Positions 20,902 to 30,386 of a stretch of 64,000 nucleotides of DNA are shown piece by piece. Source of the DNA: an uncultured Verrucomicrobiae bacterium (lineage in GTDB: Bacteria > Verrucomicrobiota > Verrucomicrobiia > Chthoniobacterales > JAFAMB01); contig CAVXLD010000001.1 of NCBI GenBank assembly GCA_963762565.1, positions 896,001 to 960,000 of the forward strand. The letters run 5' to 3'. A program made the position numbers and the translations under genes. Positions within the stretch are counted from its first letter, which is position 1, and each line of letters starts with the position of its first letter. The notes beneath the pieces were generated by a model. The model saw only the letters and a list, made by a program, of their open reading frames with translations, had not been told where the DNA came from and searched no databases.

Positions 20902-21003
20902 AATGACAAATGACAGATGACAAATGACAAATGACAAATCCGCACCGCCTCAGGTACTAAGTTGTCCTCCGTCGCACCGTTTTCTGATCTGTCATTTGTC
21001 ATT
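20902..21003. repeat. Inverted heptamer element (AATGACA)n / (TGTCATT)n
   Basis: About five tandem units on the left and two inverted units on the right. Confidence 0.8.
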
Positions 21004-21019
21004 CCCAGCGCTTCGAGCG

Positions 21020-21994
21020 ATGTCCTCATCCATGCCGGACTCAATCAAAATCGCGGTGCTCGACGACTATCAACGCAACGCCGAATCGTTTGCTAACTGG
21101 GCCAGTCTGGAGCCAGCCGCCAAGACCGTATTTTTCCACGACAACGTGTCCGATATCGATCAGCTAGTATCGCGGCTGGAACCATTTTCTGCGGTGATGT
21201 TAATCCGGGAAAGAACTCGGTTTGGCGCCAATCTGATCGACCGGCTGCCCAACCTGAAATTGATCCTTAACATCGGCATGCACAACGCCGCCATCGATCT
21301 TGAAGCAGCGAAAGCACGGAACATCGTGGTTAGCGGCACGGAAGGGATCGATCTCGAAGCGACTCCGGTGCTGACCTGGGCATTGATCCTCGGAGTAACG
21401 CGGAACCTCTATTCGGAAACTGCGTCGGTGAGAGCCGGAGGTTGGCAAGTAGGTATCGGTATCGATCTGCCCGGTAAAACGCTGGGTTTAGTTGGTCTCG
21501 GCAGGATCGGCCAGGTAATTGCTCGTTATGCAGCCGCTTTCAGAATGCCGGTTATCGCCTGGAGTCAGAATCTGACAGCCGACAAAGCCGCTCAACACGG
21601 GGTAGAACTGGTGAAGAAAGCCGATTTATTCCGCCGAGCAGATATTCTTAGTATCCATGTGAGACTCAGCGACCGCACGCGCAACCTCATCGGCGAACAC
21701 GAATTAAGTCTCATGAAGCCGACCGCCTATCTCGTGAACACCTCGCGCGGACCGATTGTGTCGGAGACGGCTTTGATTGCGGCGTTGCAAACAGGAAAAA
21801 TCAAAGCGGCGGCGCTTGATGTTTTCGATAAGGAACCGCTACCGCCGGATCATCCGTTCCGGTTTTTGCCAAATGTCTTGGCAACCCCGCACATCGGCTA
21901 TGTGACCGAGAACACCTACGCGCAAGCTTTTCAGCAAATCGTCGAAAATATTTCCGCGTGGCTGGATGGTAAACCGCAGAGGGTAATGGGGTGA
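21020..21994 (+). CDS. D-2-hydroxyacid dehydrogenase family protein
   Basis: IAVLDDYQ, RERT, GLGRIG, NTSRGPIV, DVF..EP, TPHIGY. Confidence 0.92.
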   Translation: MSSSMPDSIKIAVLDDYQRNAESFANWASLEPAAKTVFFHDNVSDIDQLVSRLEPFSAVMLIRERTRFGANLIDRLPNLKLILNIGMHNAAIDLEAAKARNIVVSGTEGIDLEATPVLTWALILGVTRNLYSETASVRAGGWQVGIGIDLPGKTLGLVGLGRIGQVIARYAAAFRMPVIAWSQNLTADKAAQHGVELVKKADLFRRADILSIHVRLSDRTRNLIGEHELSLMKPTAYLVNTSRGPIVSETALIAALQTGKIKAAALDVFDKEPLPPDHPFRFLPNVLATPHIGYVTENTYAQAFQQIVENISAWLDGKPQRVMG

Positions 21995-21997
21995 GAT

Positions 21998-22281
21998 CCG
22001 TGGAGCGCTGCCTCGCTTGCGAGGCCGATGGGGTCGCCACCCGTGGAGCGTGCCTCGCTTGCGAGGCCGATGGGGTCGCCACCCGTGGAGCGTGCCTCGC
22101 TTGCGAGGCCGATGGTGAGCAGGGTCCATGGTTAGCTCGGCAAATCGTCGAGTTGCGCTCTGTGTGTCTTAAGAAGCAAACCTCGCGACACAGAGCGTCG
22201 ATCGTAATAAGGTATGCGTCACGATTTCCCCTGGTCACAACGGCCTCGCAAGCGAGGCAGCGCTCCACGGGTGGCGACCCC
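21998..22281. repeat. REP/BIME-like cluster: three tandem 42-43 bp units plus one inverted unit
   Basis: Unit CCGTGGAGCG(C)TGCCTCGCTTGCGAGGCCGATGGGGTCGCCAC has GTGG before a GCCTCGC-TT-GCGAGGC hairpin; inverted copy at 22241-22281. Confidence 0.9.
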
Positions 22282-22291
22282 TTCCACCCTC

Positions 22292-23512
22292 TCAAAACCT
22301 GTCCCAGAAGCTCAGGGCGGGATACTCGTTTGGAAACAGGACCGGCACCAGAAACTTAGCTTGCCCACGCAGTCGAATACCTCCCGAGTCAATCGTCTCT
22401 TGAGGGTCATCCGTTCCAAACATTAGCTGAGCGATCGCTTCTCCACCCGAAATGGAATTCTCAGACCGCGATCCAGGCAAAAGTTCTATCTTTCCCTGCT
22501 TGATGCGAAGTGTGACCGCTTCCTGGCTGTCATCCACCAACAGATCGCCGGACCAGCCTGAAAGGTGAGACCGTCGTAGGCGATCCTCGAGCTCGGGCAG
22601 GAGCCGCCGCGTAAATCTTTGGAGCGAAATCGCACGAATCATTGGACCACCCGAACTCCGATAGTCGCTTTTGAAATCACTATTCTGGCGACGCAGAAAC
22701 CGCGAAAGCTGGCTCTGGTAATGAATCCATCGAAACTGAATCGTAGCGAGACCCCGGGCCTTCGCTAAGCGTCTAACCACCGCTAAGATTACCTCAGGAT
22801 TTCCAGCCCAAGATCGAACTTCGAGAGTATTTCGATTAACCCCAACAAATACAAAACCAGCCACCTGTTGGTGTTGCTTCCAAAGGTAGGCGTCGGATTC
22901 AACCAATGGGTTGCCCAATGGGAACACCGGACGAACTGCGGTTCCGGTTAGGTTCGCGTTCTCCCGATTATATAGAGCAGCTAGATCGGATCGAGCGGCG
23001 GAACGGCATCGCTCTAGTTTCCCAGGGATCGCCTCCGTCGAGATTTGGCCAACTTCGATCGTTGCATTTAAGAATGTCCATGCCCGGCAATAGCCAAACT
23101 GCTCGTAGAAGTTTGGGATACCGAACAATACTGAGACTTCATAGTCGGAATCGCGCAGGGCTTCCAAAGTGGCGTTGGCAGTCTGACGCAGAAATCCTCT
23201 TTTCCGATAGTGACCATCAGTCGCCACCGATCCAATACCGGCAGTGAGAATTCGAGCGCGCCCCACTCGGACCTGCAACTTCCAAATTCCGAAATGACTT
23301 ACGATCTCGCTGCCCAATTTCCCGACCCGGGAAGCATTCCAATCATAGTTGCTGTTTAAGAGAAGGCCGTCCCGGCAGATGCGTTCACCCTGCCAATAGC
23401 CCGCACTAACCGCGAAAGTTTTACAAAGTAAATCAATGAGTTTAGGACCATCAGTTCCAGGGTCCGGCGCAGAGATTTGCAAGTCTTCGGCTGAACCTCG
23501 CGGAGCAGTCAT
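22292..23512 (-). CDS. Eis-like GNAT N-acetyltransferase with SCP2-like C-terminus
   Basis: GIGSVAT...RKRG, LFGIPNFYEQFGY, C-terminal QLMFG..LFP. Confidence 0.8.
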   Translation of the reverse strand: MTAPRGSAEDLQISAPDPGTDGPKLIDLLCKTFAVSAGYWQGERICRDGLLLNSNYDWNASRVGKLGSEIVSHFGIWKLQVRVGRARILTAGIGSVATDGHYRKRGFLRQTANATLEALRDSDYEVSVLFGIPNFYEQFGYCRAWTFLNATIEVGQISTEAIPGKLERCRSAARSDLAALYNRENANLTGTAVRPVFPLGNPLVESDAYLWKQHQQVAGFVFVGVNRNTLEVRSWAGNPEVILAVVRRLAKARGLATIQFRWIHYQSQLSRFLRRQNSDFKSDYRSSGGPMIRAISLQRFTRRLLPELEDRLRRSHLSGWSGDLLVDDSQEAVTLRIKQGKIELLPGSRSENSISGGEAIAQLMFGTDDPQETIDSGGIRLRGQAKFLVPVLFPNEYPALSFWDRF

Positions 23513-23634
23513 GGATATGGTTTGTCGAATGCCGGTTTGTCTCACTTTTTTAGCAGATCGACAAGAATTGTAGCCAATTGAGCTTGCTGGTTTCGCCATT
23601 TTGAGTCAAAGAGTTCGATAAATATCGAACTTCT

Positions 23635-24666
23635 ATGGAATACCGATTACTTGGGGGCTCAGGTTTCAGCGTACCGGTTTTAACCTTCGGGACCGGCACA
23701 TTTGGGGGAAAAAGTGAATTCTTTAAAGCCTGGGGAGAAACCGATGTCAAAGAAGCGACTCATTTGGTTGATATTTGCCTCGAGGCAGGTCTAACCATGT
23801 TCGATTCGGCCGATGTGTATTCGGGAGGCAATTCTGAGGAAGTGCTCGGCGGCGCCATTAAAGGACGCCGGGATCAAGTCCTGATCTCCACGAAAGCGAC
23901 TTTCCGGCATGGAACCGGCCCGAACGACGTTGGCTCGTCCCGTTTCCATCTCGTCAATGCGGTGGAAGGAAGTCTACACCGCCTCGGCACCGACTATATC
24001 GACCTTTTTCAGCTCCACGGGTTCGACGCTTTTACTCCGATCGAAGAAACGCTGAGTACGCTCGACGACCTGGTGCGAGCCGGTAAGATCCGTTATATCG
24101 GCTGCTCGAACTTCTCCGGTTGGCACCTCATGAAGTCACTGGCCATATCGGAAAGATATGGTTGGGCCCGTTATATCGCGCATCAGGCGTACTACTCGCT
24201 CATCGGCCGGGAATACGAATGGGAATTGATGCCATTGAGCGTGGACCAGAAGGTCGGTACCGTGGTTTGGAGCCCACTCGGCTGGGGGCGTTTAACCGGG
24301 AAGGTCCGGCGGGGGCAGCCGCTACCGGAAGTTAGTCGCCAGCGGAGCGCTCTTTCCCAGGAAATGGGACCGAAGGTCACTGACGATTATTTATATAAGG
24401 TCGTGGATGCACTCGATGAAGTTGCTGCCGAGACCGGGAAGACTGTCGCTCAGATTGCGCTCAACTGGCTGGTTCAGCGGCCCACGGTTGCGACGATCAT
24501 CATTGGGGCCCGCAACGAACAACAACTGCGCGACAATCTCGGCGCGGTCGGTTGGAACTTGACGGCCGAACAAGTCCGCAAACTCGACGCAGCCAGTGCT
24601 GTCCCGCTGATTTACCCCTACTGGCACCAGAAAATGTTTGATCGGAATCCCTTGCCGGTCAGTTAG
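23635..24666 (+). CDS. Aldo/keto reductase
   Basis: FDSADVY, STK, DYIDLFQLH, GKIRYIGCSN, WSPLG. Confidence 0.95.
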   Translation: MEYRLLGGSGFSVPVLTFGTGTFGGKSEFFKAWGETDVKEATHLVDICLEAGLTMFDSADVYSGGNSEEVLGGAIKGRRDQVLISTKATFRHGTGPNDVGSSRFHLVNAVEGSLHRLGTDYIDLFQLHGFDAFTPIEETLSTLDDLVRAGKIRYIGCSNFSGWHLMKSLAISERYGWARYIAHQAYYSLIGREYEWELMPLSVDQKVGTVVWSPLGWGRLTGKVRRGQPLPEVSRQRSALSQEMGPKVTDDYLYKVVDALDEVAAETGKTVAQIALNWLVQRPTVATIIIGARNEQQLRDNLGAVGWNLTAEQVRKLDAASAVPLIYPYWHQKMFDRNPLPVS

Positions 24667-25031
24667 GCGCGGGAAGGCGTGTGGGCAACAGCGCCTGGAG
24701 GGGAGCCGCTTTGGCGCGTGCCCCAAGACATCCCGATATTTGTTATATCGCGAGCCTGACTTGAAAACGTGAAAGCAAGCGGCTCCCGGGAATTACCCAA
24801 CGCGGTGTTTCGGCCCAGGGTTCATTGACTCGTTTTCTGTGCGACCGTTAGAACTACACAGCGCTCGGTCTTTCGCGGGAGCCGCCTGTTGCGTACGCTT
24901 CTCAGCCGTGATCATGACAGAGCAAACTCGACGGGATTTTTAGGCACGCGCCAAAGCGGCTCCCCTCCAGGGCCTTGTCTCCCCCTGCCGATCGCTCCAT
25001 CGCCGTTTCGCCGTTTCGCCAACACGCGCCC
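24666..25031. repeat. Nested palindromic element with GGGAGCCGC core
   Basis: Perfect 29-bp IR at 24694-24722 / 24943-24971; inner GCGGCTCCCG..CGGGAGCCGC pair; outer octamer-like (TCGCCGTT) arm. Confidence 0.88.
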
Positions 25032-25062
25032 AAGGCTTGAGCTATCGCCGACCCGGCATTAA

Positions 25063-26961
25063 TTGAGACACGTGGGAGACGCGCTGGTTGATTGCCCCAA
25101 CAGGTTAAGCCGGAGTGCACCGCCGGCGGAACGGCCACTTCTGGTTTACGATGGCGACTGTCAGTTTTGTTTCCGATGGATAGTTCGGTGGCAACGTACA
25201 TTTACCGACAAGGTTGATGTTGCTCCGTTTCAGTCGGTTGCCGCTCGCTTTGGCGAGGATCTGCCCGTTGAATGTTTTCAATCGGCCATCCGGCTGATTG
25301 AGCCGGACGGTCAGGTCTATTCAGGCGCAGAAGCAGTGTTCAGGGCGCTAAGCTACGGACCAGGCAACAGCAAGGCCTACTGGTATTACCGGCGCCTCCC
25401 CGGATTCGGGCTTTGCGCACGAGGTTTCTATTGGGTCGCATCCAAAAATCGCGGGTTAGCTTCATTCCTAACCACCACGCTTTGGGGGAAACAAGCACCA
25501 GTCCCAACGACCTACTATGGTGCTCGGCACTTATTTCTCCGGTTGCTCGGCCTAGTCTACTTTATTGCGATTGTCTCTTTTTGGGTACAAGCGGACGCAC
25601 TGGTTGGCCATGACGGCATCGTCCCGTTGACGCCATGGTTAGATCAAGTGCACGAGCGCCTCGGAGCGCAAGCTTACTGGGTCTGTCCCACCCTTTTCTG
25701 GTTCAACTCTTCTAGCGAGTTCGTGCATATGCTGTGCGGGATCGGCGCGGGGCTTAGCGTGTTACTCGCTTTCGAGGTTGTTCCGGTTCTTTGCCTAATA
25801 CTGCTTTGGTTAATTTATCTTTCGATCGCAGTTGCCGGTCAGGTATTCATGAACTTCCAGTGGGATTATCTCCTGCTTGAAACTGGTTTTTTCAGTATCT
25901 TTCTCGCACCACTACGCTGGCTGCCATACCGGCGATCTGAAGCACCGATATCGCCCTGGGCGCATTTCATTTTACGCTGGCTTTTGTTCCGGCTGATGTT
26001 CATGTCAGGAGTAGTAAAGCTAACCAGCGGCGATCCTTCCTGGTGGAACCTGACCGCCCTAAACTACCATTATTGGACCCAACCGCTGCCGACGCCGCTG
26101 GCTTGGTGGGCGAATCAACTTCCGGATTGGTTCCAATCCACCTCGATGGTCGTTATGTTCGCGATTGAATTGCTCGCTCCCTTCCTTCTCTTCTTTCCTA
26201 AACGACTTCGATTGATTGGCGTTACCAGCATTGTCGGGCTGCAAGTACTGATCGCCGCCACGGGCAACTATTGTTTCTTTAACTTGCTGACGGTCGCACT
26301 TTGCGTCTTATCGGTCGATGATTCGGTCTGGCCGCGTTTCGGGAGAAAAGTACGGCCTCCGGTTAAGCTGACCGGTTTACGCTGGTCATCCTGGCTTCTA
26401 GTTCCGGTAACGGCGATCGTATTGACTTTCAGTGGGCCGTTGCTTTGGGAAGCTTTTTATCCGGACAGCAACTGGCCTCCGTTACTCCAAGACTGGTACG
26501 GTTATATCGAGCGGTTTCGCTCGCTCAACAGCTACGGTCTGTTTCGGGTTATGACGACAAGTCGTCCCGAGATTATTGTGGAGGGAAGTAATGATGGTAT
26601 CACCTGGCAACCTTATGAATTCAAATACCAGGTCGGGAACGTGCAACAGGCGCCGCCGATTGTAGCTCCGCATCAACCAAGATTGGACTGGCAGATTTGG
26701 TTTGCGGCGTTGGGAGACGTGGAAGGGGAACCTTGGTTTGTTAACTTTCTTGCTCGCTTATTGGAAGGATCCCAGCCGGTCATCGGCTTATTAAAAACAA
26801 ATCCGTTTCCGGATTCCCCACCTCTTTATGTTCGGGCGAAGTTATACGAATATCATTTCACAACTCTGGAAGAGAAACAGAAGACCGGCGCCTGGTGGAA
26901 TCGGGAAGAGAAAGGGATGTATTGTCCGGTGGTGAGCTTACGGAAAGCGGGGTCGGAGTGA
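25063..26961 (+). CDS. Lipase maturation factor (LMF) family protein with N-terminal DCC1-like thiol-disulfide domain
   Basis: YDGDCQFC; QWDYLLLETGF, TQPLP, GNYCFFN, YGLFRVMT, PHQPRLDWQ. Confidence 0.88.
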   Translation: MRHVGDALVDCPNRLSRSAPPAERPLLVYDGDCQFCFRWIVRWQRTFTDKVDVAPFQSVAARFGEDLPVECFQSAIRLIEPDGQVYSGAEAVFRALSYGPGNSKAYWYYRRLPGFGLCARGFYWVASKNRGLASFLTTTLWGKQAPVPTTYYGARHLFLRLLGLVYFIAIVSFWVQADALVGHDGIVPLTPWLDQVHERLGAQAYWVCPTLFWFNSSSEFVHMLCGIGAGLSVLLAFEVVPVLCLILLWLIYLSIAVAGQVFMNFQWDYLLLETGFFSIFLAPLRWLPYRRSEAPISPWAHFILRWLLFRLMFMSGVVKLTSGDPSWWNLTALNYHYWTQPLPTPLAWWANQLPDWFQSTSMVVMFAIELLAPFLLFFPKRLRLIGVTSIVGLQVLIAATGNYCFFNLLTVALCVLSVDDSVWPRFGRKVRPPVKLTGLRWSSWLLVPVTAIVLTFSGPLLWEAFYPDSNWPPLLQDWYGYIERFRSLNSYGLFRVMTTSRPEIIVEGSNDGITWQPYEFKYQVGNVQQAPPIVAPHQPRLDWQIWFAALGDVEGEPWFVNFLARLLEGSQPVIGLLKTNPFPDSPPLYVRAKLYEYHFTTLEEKQKTGAWWNREEKGMYCPVVSLRKAGSE

Positions 26962-26983
26962 TGGGCCGGTAGGGCGACCACCC

Positions 26984-27730
26984 TCACGCTGCCTTCTTCG
27001 GCTGCCGCCCGCGCGCCGGCGCCGGCAGAGCTCTGGCCTTGGAAGTCTTCGCGGTTTTCGTAGAAGATGCCGCTTCGGTGTATTCGTCGAAACTCGGACA
27101 GATCGATGCCAAGCCGCAATGGGCGCAATCCGGTTTCTGCGAATAACAACAACGGCGGCCGTGCCAAATCAGCCAATGACTGAAAAGGGTCCAATCGTTT
27201 TGCGGAACGAGCTTCATGAGCTCGATTTCAATTTTGTCCGGGTCCTCTTCGCGAGTCAGACCAAGGCGTTGAGCCAAACGCCGGACATGCGTATCCACGA
27301 CGATGCCGGCGTTAATATTGAACGCGTTGCCAAGAACCACATTTGCAGTTTTTCGGCCGACTCCCGCCAACGAGATTAATTCCTCCATCGAAGCGGGCAC
27401 TTTACCGCCGAATTTGTTAACCAAGTCCTGGGCCATGCTGCGAAGGCTCTTTGATTTGCTTCGGAAAAAGCCGGTCGATTTAATCGCGACCTCTAGGTCT
27501 TCCTGCGGAATCGCGGCGTAATCTGCGGCCGTTCTCAGTTTCTTAAACAAATCTCGCGTGACAATGTTCACGCGTTTGTCTGTGCATTGGGCGGACAGAA
27601 TAGTCGCCACCAACAGTTCCAGGGGATTAGTAAAATCCAGCTCGCAATGGGCATCAGGGTAAAGCTGGCGCAGCTTCCGAATCACTGCGGCAGCGTGTTC
27701 TTTAAGAGCTTGCCCTTTTTTGAGCTTCAT
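26984..27730 (-). CDS. nth: Endonuclease III
   Basis: LSAQCTD, GVGRKTA, VDTHV, C-x6-C-x2-C-x5-C. Confidence 0.95.
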   Translation of the reverse strand: MKLKKGQALKEHAAAVIRKLRQLYPDAHCELDFTNPLELLVATILSAQCTDKRVNIVTRDLFKKLRTAADYAAIPQEDLEVAIKSTGFFRSKSKSLRSMAQDLVNKFGGKVPASMEELISLAGVGRKTANVVLGNAFNINAGIVVDTHVRRLAQRLGLTREEDPDKIEIELMKLVPQNDWTLFSHWLIWHGRRCCYSQKPDCAHCGLASICPSFDEYTEAASSTKTAKTSKARALPAPARGRQPKKAA

Positions 27731-27734
27731 TCCG

Positions 27735-28535
27735 TTACAAAACAGAGGCGTCGAGTCCCATCTCCCGCAGCACGCTCACAAAATAGCTACATTGACTTTC
27801 CGTATAATACTTATGCGCGTTCAGGCTGTACTGGGTGGCGTCTTTGACCAAGCCCTTTTTCAACCAGACTGCAGCCCGGGCATAGTAATACGCTGGAGTC
27901 TTGCCGGGGAAATCCATCTCATCAATCAGAGCCATCGCCTTAGCCGTCTGATTAGCTAGAACATAATCAAGCGCCATCCTGAACTGAAGGATTTCGGACT
28001 TAGGATCGACCTGACCTAGATCCTCCAAAACTGAACGGGCTTGGTCGTAGCTGCCCTGCAACATCAAGGTGTCCGCCAGATTGAATTTCGCTGTGTAGAA
28101 CTTCGGGTTCTCGGTTAGAGCACGATTAAATTGGGAAATCGCCTCCTGGTAATCTTTCTTTTTGCTAGCGACAATTCCCAGGAGATTAGCGGTTTCCGGG
28201 TTATCTGGATCCAGTTTCTCTGCCTGCTGGGCGTCGTTGGACGCATCATCAATTTTTCCGTCTTTCAGGTCACGCGCGGCTTTGTTTAGGACAGAGTCAT
28301 AGCTCTTCTTGGCCTCATTCTTATTTTCAGCGTAGCAAAACGAGGTACCAAGCAAAATCGCGATCAGGCCCAGGGTAGGGAGGGCGCGCGTCCCCGCGCG
28401 CCGTAATTGGCGATGTAGGGCCGAAGAACGTAACTTCACCATTCGGCTTGGAATATCCTCGGCTTCTAAGACAGATCGCGTGGACGCGATCCCTCCCTTT
28501 TTTATCACATCCGTCGCACACAGATACATCTTCAT
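27735..28535 (-). CDS. TPR-repeat exported protein (true start may be downstream)
   Basis: Hydrophobic signal-like segment and TPR-like helices; ATGA overlap with the aroF stop. Confidence 0.7.
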   Translation of the reverse strand: MKMYLCATDVIKKGGIASTRSVLEAEDIPSRMVKLRSSALHRQLRRAGTRALPTLGLIAILLGTSFCYAENKNEAKKSYDSVLNKAARDLKDGKIDDASNDAQQAEKLDPDNPETANLLGIVASKKKDYQEAISQFNRALTENPKFYTAKFNLADTLMLQGSYDQARSVLEDLGQVDPKSEILQFRMALDYVLANQTAKAMALIDEMDFPGKTPAYYYARAAVWLKKGLVKDATQYSLNAHKYYTESQCSYFVSVLREMGLDASVL

Positions 28536-29545
28536 ACTTCACGTCCAATTGCTTGCGCTACCCCTCGAATTCTGCCGACCAAGTCCTCGAACTCGTTAGG
28601 GAGAAGACATTGTTCACCGTCGCTCTTGGCGAGTTCGGGCGCATTGTGCACCTCAATCATGATAGAATCTGCGCCAGCGGCAACTGCAGCTAAGGCCATT
28701 GCCGGAACAAATTGGCGGACACCGATTCCATGCGTTGGATCAACCACAACGGGTAAATGCGTTTCCGCTTTCAGGACCGGCACCGCATTCAGATCAAGCG
28801 TATTGCGGGTCATGGTCTCGAATGTCCGGATACCGCGTTCGCAAAGCAGGACATTAAAGTTCCCTTCGCTGAGGATATACTCGGCGCTCATCAAAAGATC
28901 TTTAATTGAAGCCGCCATCCCGCGCTTCAACATCACTGGTAGCCTGGTTCTGCCCACCTCACGTAGCAGCGAGAAGTTTTGCATGTTTCGGGCGCCAACC
29001 TGCAGGCAATCAGCGTATTCAGAAACCAGATCCAGATCTTTCGTGTCCATCACCTCTGTGATGATAGGTAATCCCGTTTCCTTGCGCGCTTCAGCCAAGA
29101 GCTGAAGGCCGGCCTTTCCCAAGCCTTGGAAACTGTATGGCGACGTTCGCGGTTTAAAGGCGCCTCCTCGAAGAATCTTGGCGCCGGCTTTGCCAATCGC
29201 TTGAGCAATCGCGATGATCTGATCCTCATTCTCCACCGAGCAGGGTCCCGCCATCAGCACCACCTCTTTTCCACCCACGACGACATCCCCTACTTTTATT
29301 TTAGAGGGCATGCCTCGGAACTCGTACGAAACGAGCTTGTATGGCTTTAGTACGGGCGTCACTGACTCGACGCCGGGAAACGCGCCCAGCGGCTTTTCCC
29401 GGATTTTATCCTCGGGGCCGATAACACCGATCACCACGCGCATTTCGCCGCGGCTGACTTCGGCTCTTAAACCCCAGTCATGGATTCTAGATACGATATG
29501 CTCGATCTGATCTTCGGTAGCATCGGGACGAGTGATAATTATCAT
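28532..29545 (-). CDS. aroF: DAHP synthase, type I-beta with N-terminal regulatory domain
   Basis: [47 protein letters not shown]. Confidence 0.95.
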   Translation of the reverse strand: MIIITRPDATEDQIEHIVSRIHDWGLRAEVSRGEMRVVIGVIGPEDKIREKPLGAFPGVESVTPVLKPYKLVSYEFRGMPSKIKVGDVVVGGKEVVLMAGPCSVENEDQIIAIAQAIGKAGAKILRGGAFKPRTSPYSFQGLGKAGLQLLAEARKETGLPIITEVMDTKDLDLVSEYADCLQVGARNMQNFSLLREVGRTRLPVMLKRGMAASIKDLLMSAEYILSEGNFNVLLCERGIRTFETMTRNTLDLNAVPVLKAETHLPVVVDPTHGIGVRQFVPAMALAAVAAGADSIMIEVHNAPELAKSDGEQCLLPNEFEDLVGRIRGVAQAIGREV

Positions 29546-29685
29546 TGCGAGGGCTTCGGCAGTCTGCGGCGGATTTACTAGTTCGCAACCCTTTTGGCTG
29601 TTACCCCAGGAAAGAGCGGAGCCGATTTTAGTGTCGGGTGCGAGAGGGTTTGAGAGAAAAGTCGCCATGGCGGGAAGTTGAGTTC

Positions 29686-29731
29686 CAGCTTCTGAGAGGT
29701 TGCGTAGGTACTAATCGCAGCTCAGAAGCTG
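29686..29731 (-). promoter_or_regulatory. Attenuator-like hairpin overlapping the leader stop codon
   Basis: Perfect 11-bp IR CAGCTTCTGAG (29686-29696) / CTCAGAAGCTG (29721-29731), followed on the minus strand by a C/T-rich tract. Confidence 0.65.
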
Positions 29732-29820
29732 TTTGAGCCCCACCAAAAATAAAAGAAATAGACAGAGGACAACCCAGCGCTAGGCCTTGCAGAAAGGGTT
29801 CGGGTTGAACTCGTATTCAC
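29722..29820 (-). CDS. Aromatic amino-acid leader peptide MNTSSTRTLSARPSAGLSSVYFFYFWWGSNSF
   Basis: GTG start 6 nt after GGAGG; seven consecutive aromatic codons; same strand as and ~180 nt upstream of aroF. Confidence 0.8.
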   Translation of the reverse strand: MNTSSTRTLSARPSAGLSSVYFFYFWWGSNSF

Positions 29821-29870
29821 GGTGGTCCTCCAGGAATACCGTAATGATCGGCCTTTGCCAAATGAAAAAA

Positions 29871-30385
29871 AACAGGAGCTAGGAGCTAGAATCTAGGAGT
29901 TAGGAGGCGTTCTGCGGCCTGAATCGTTCTCGTCCTCGAAAAGGTTGCACGTTAACAAGGCGTTTTTGTTCCCAACTCCCGGAGGGGAGCCGCTTTGGCG
30001 CGTAGCCCACGATCTCGCGATGTTTCTTTCAGCGCTCAATCCAACCACGAAATGGCGCAACAGGCGGCTCCCGTGAATAACCCAGCGCGATGATTTACCC
30101 GTGGTTCCGATTCGTTTAGACCGGGCCTCAGGGCTGCGAACCGCTGGGTCGTTCCCGGGAGCCGCCTGTTTTTGCACGTTTCGGCCGGATTAATGTTGAG
30201 ACGAATTTCGCGAGGGCGGACAGATTAACGCCAAAGCGGCTCCCGTCCAGGGCGCTGGGTAATGGCGCGGTGCACTAACTGCCACCGCCCATCGAGGACG
30301 AGAACGAGGACGATTTCAATAGAGCCGCGACGCCCCTCCTAGCTCCTAGATTCTAGCTTCTAGCTTCTAGCTTCTAGCTCCTGTT
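29871..30385. repeat. Full composite ~515-bp nested palindromic element (MITE-like)
   Basis: (AGGAGCT)n shell, then (TCGTCC)n shell, then GGGAGCCGC core; a close copy lies at 35522-36045. Confidence 0.9.
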
Positions 30386-30386
30386 G

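Noticed and set aside
21998..22114. Possible CRISPR array
   Set aside because: Units are head-to-tail with no unique spacers, an inverted copy follows, and no cas genes are present.
29546..29668. 41-aa N-terminal extension of AroF in the ORF track
   Set aside because: Homology begins at MIIITR (29545); the upstream part is better explained as leader RNA.
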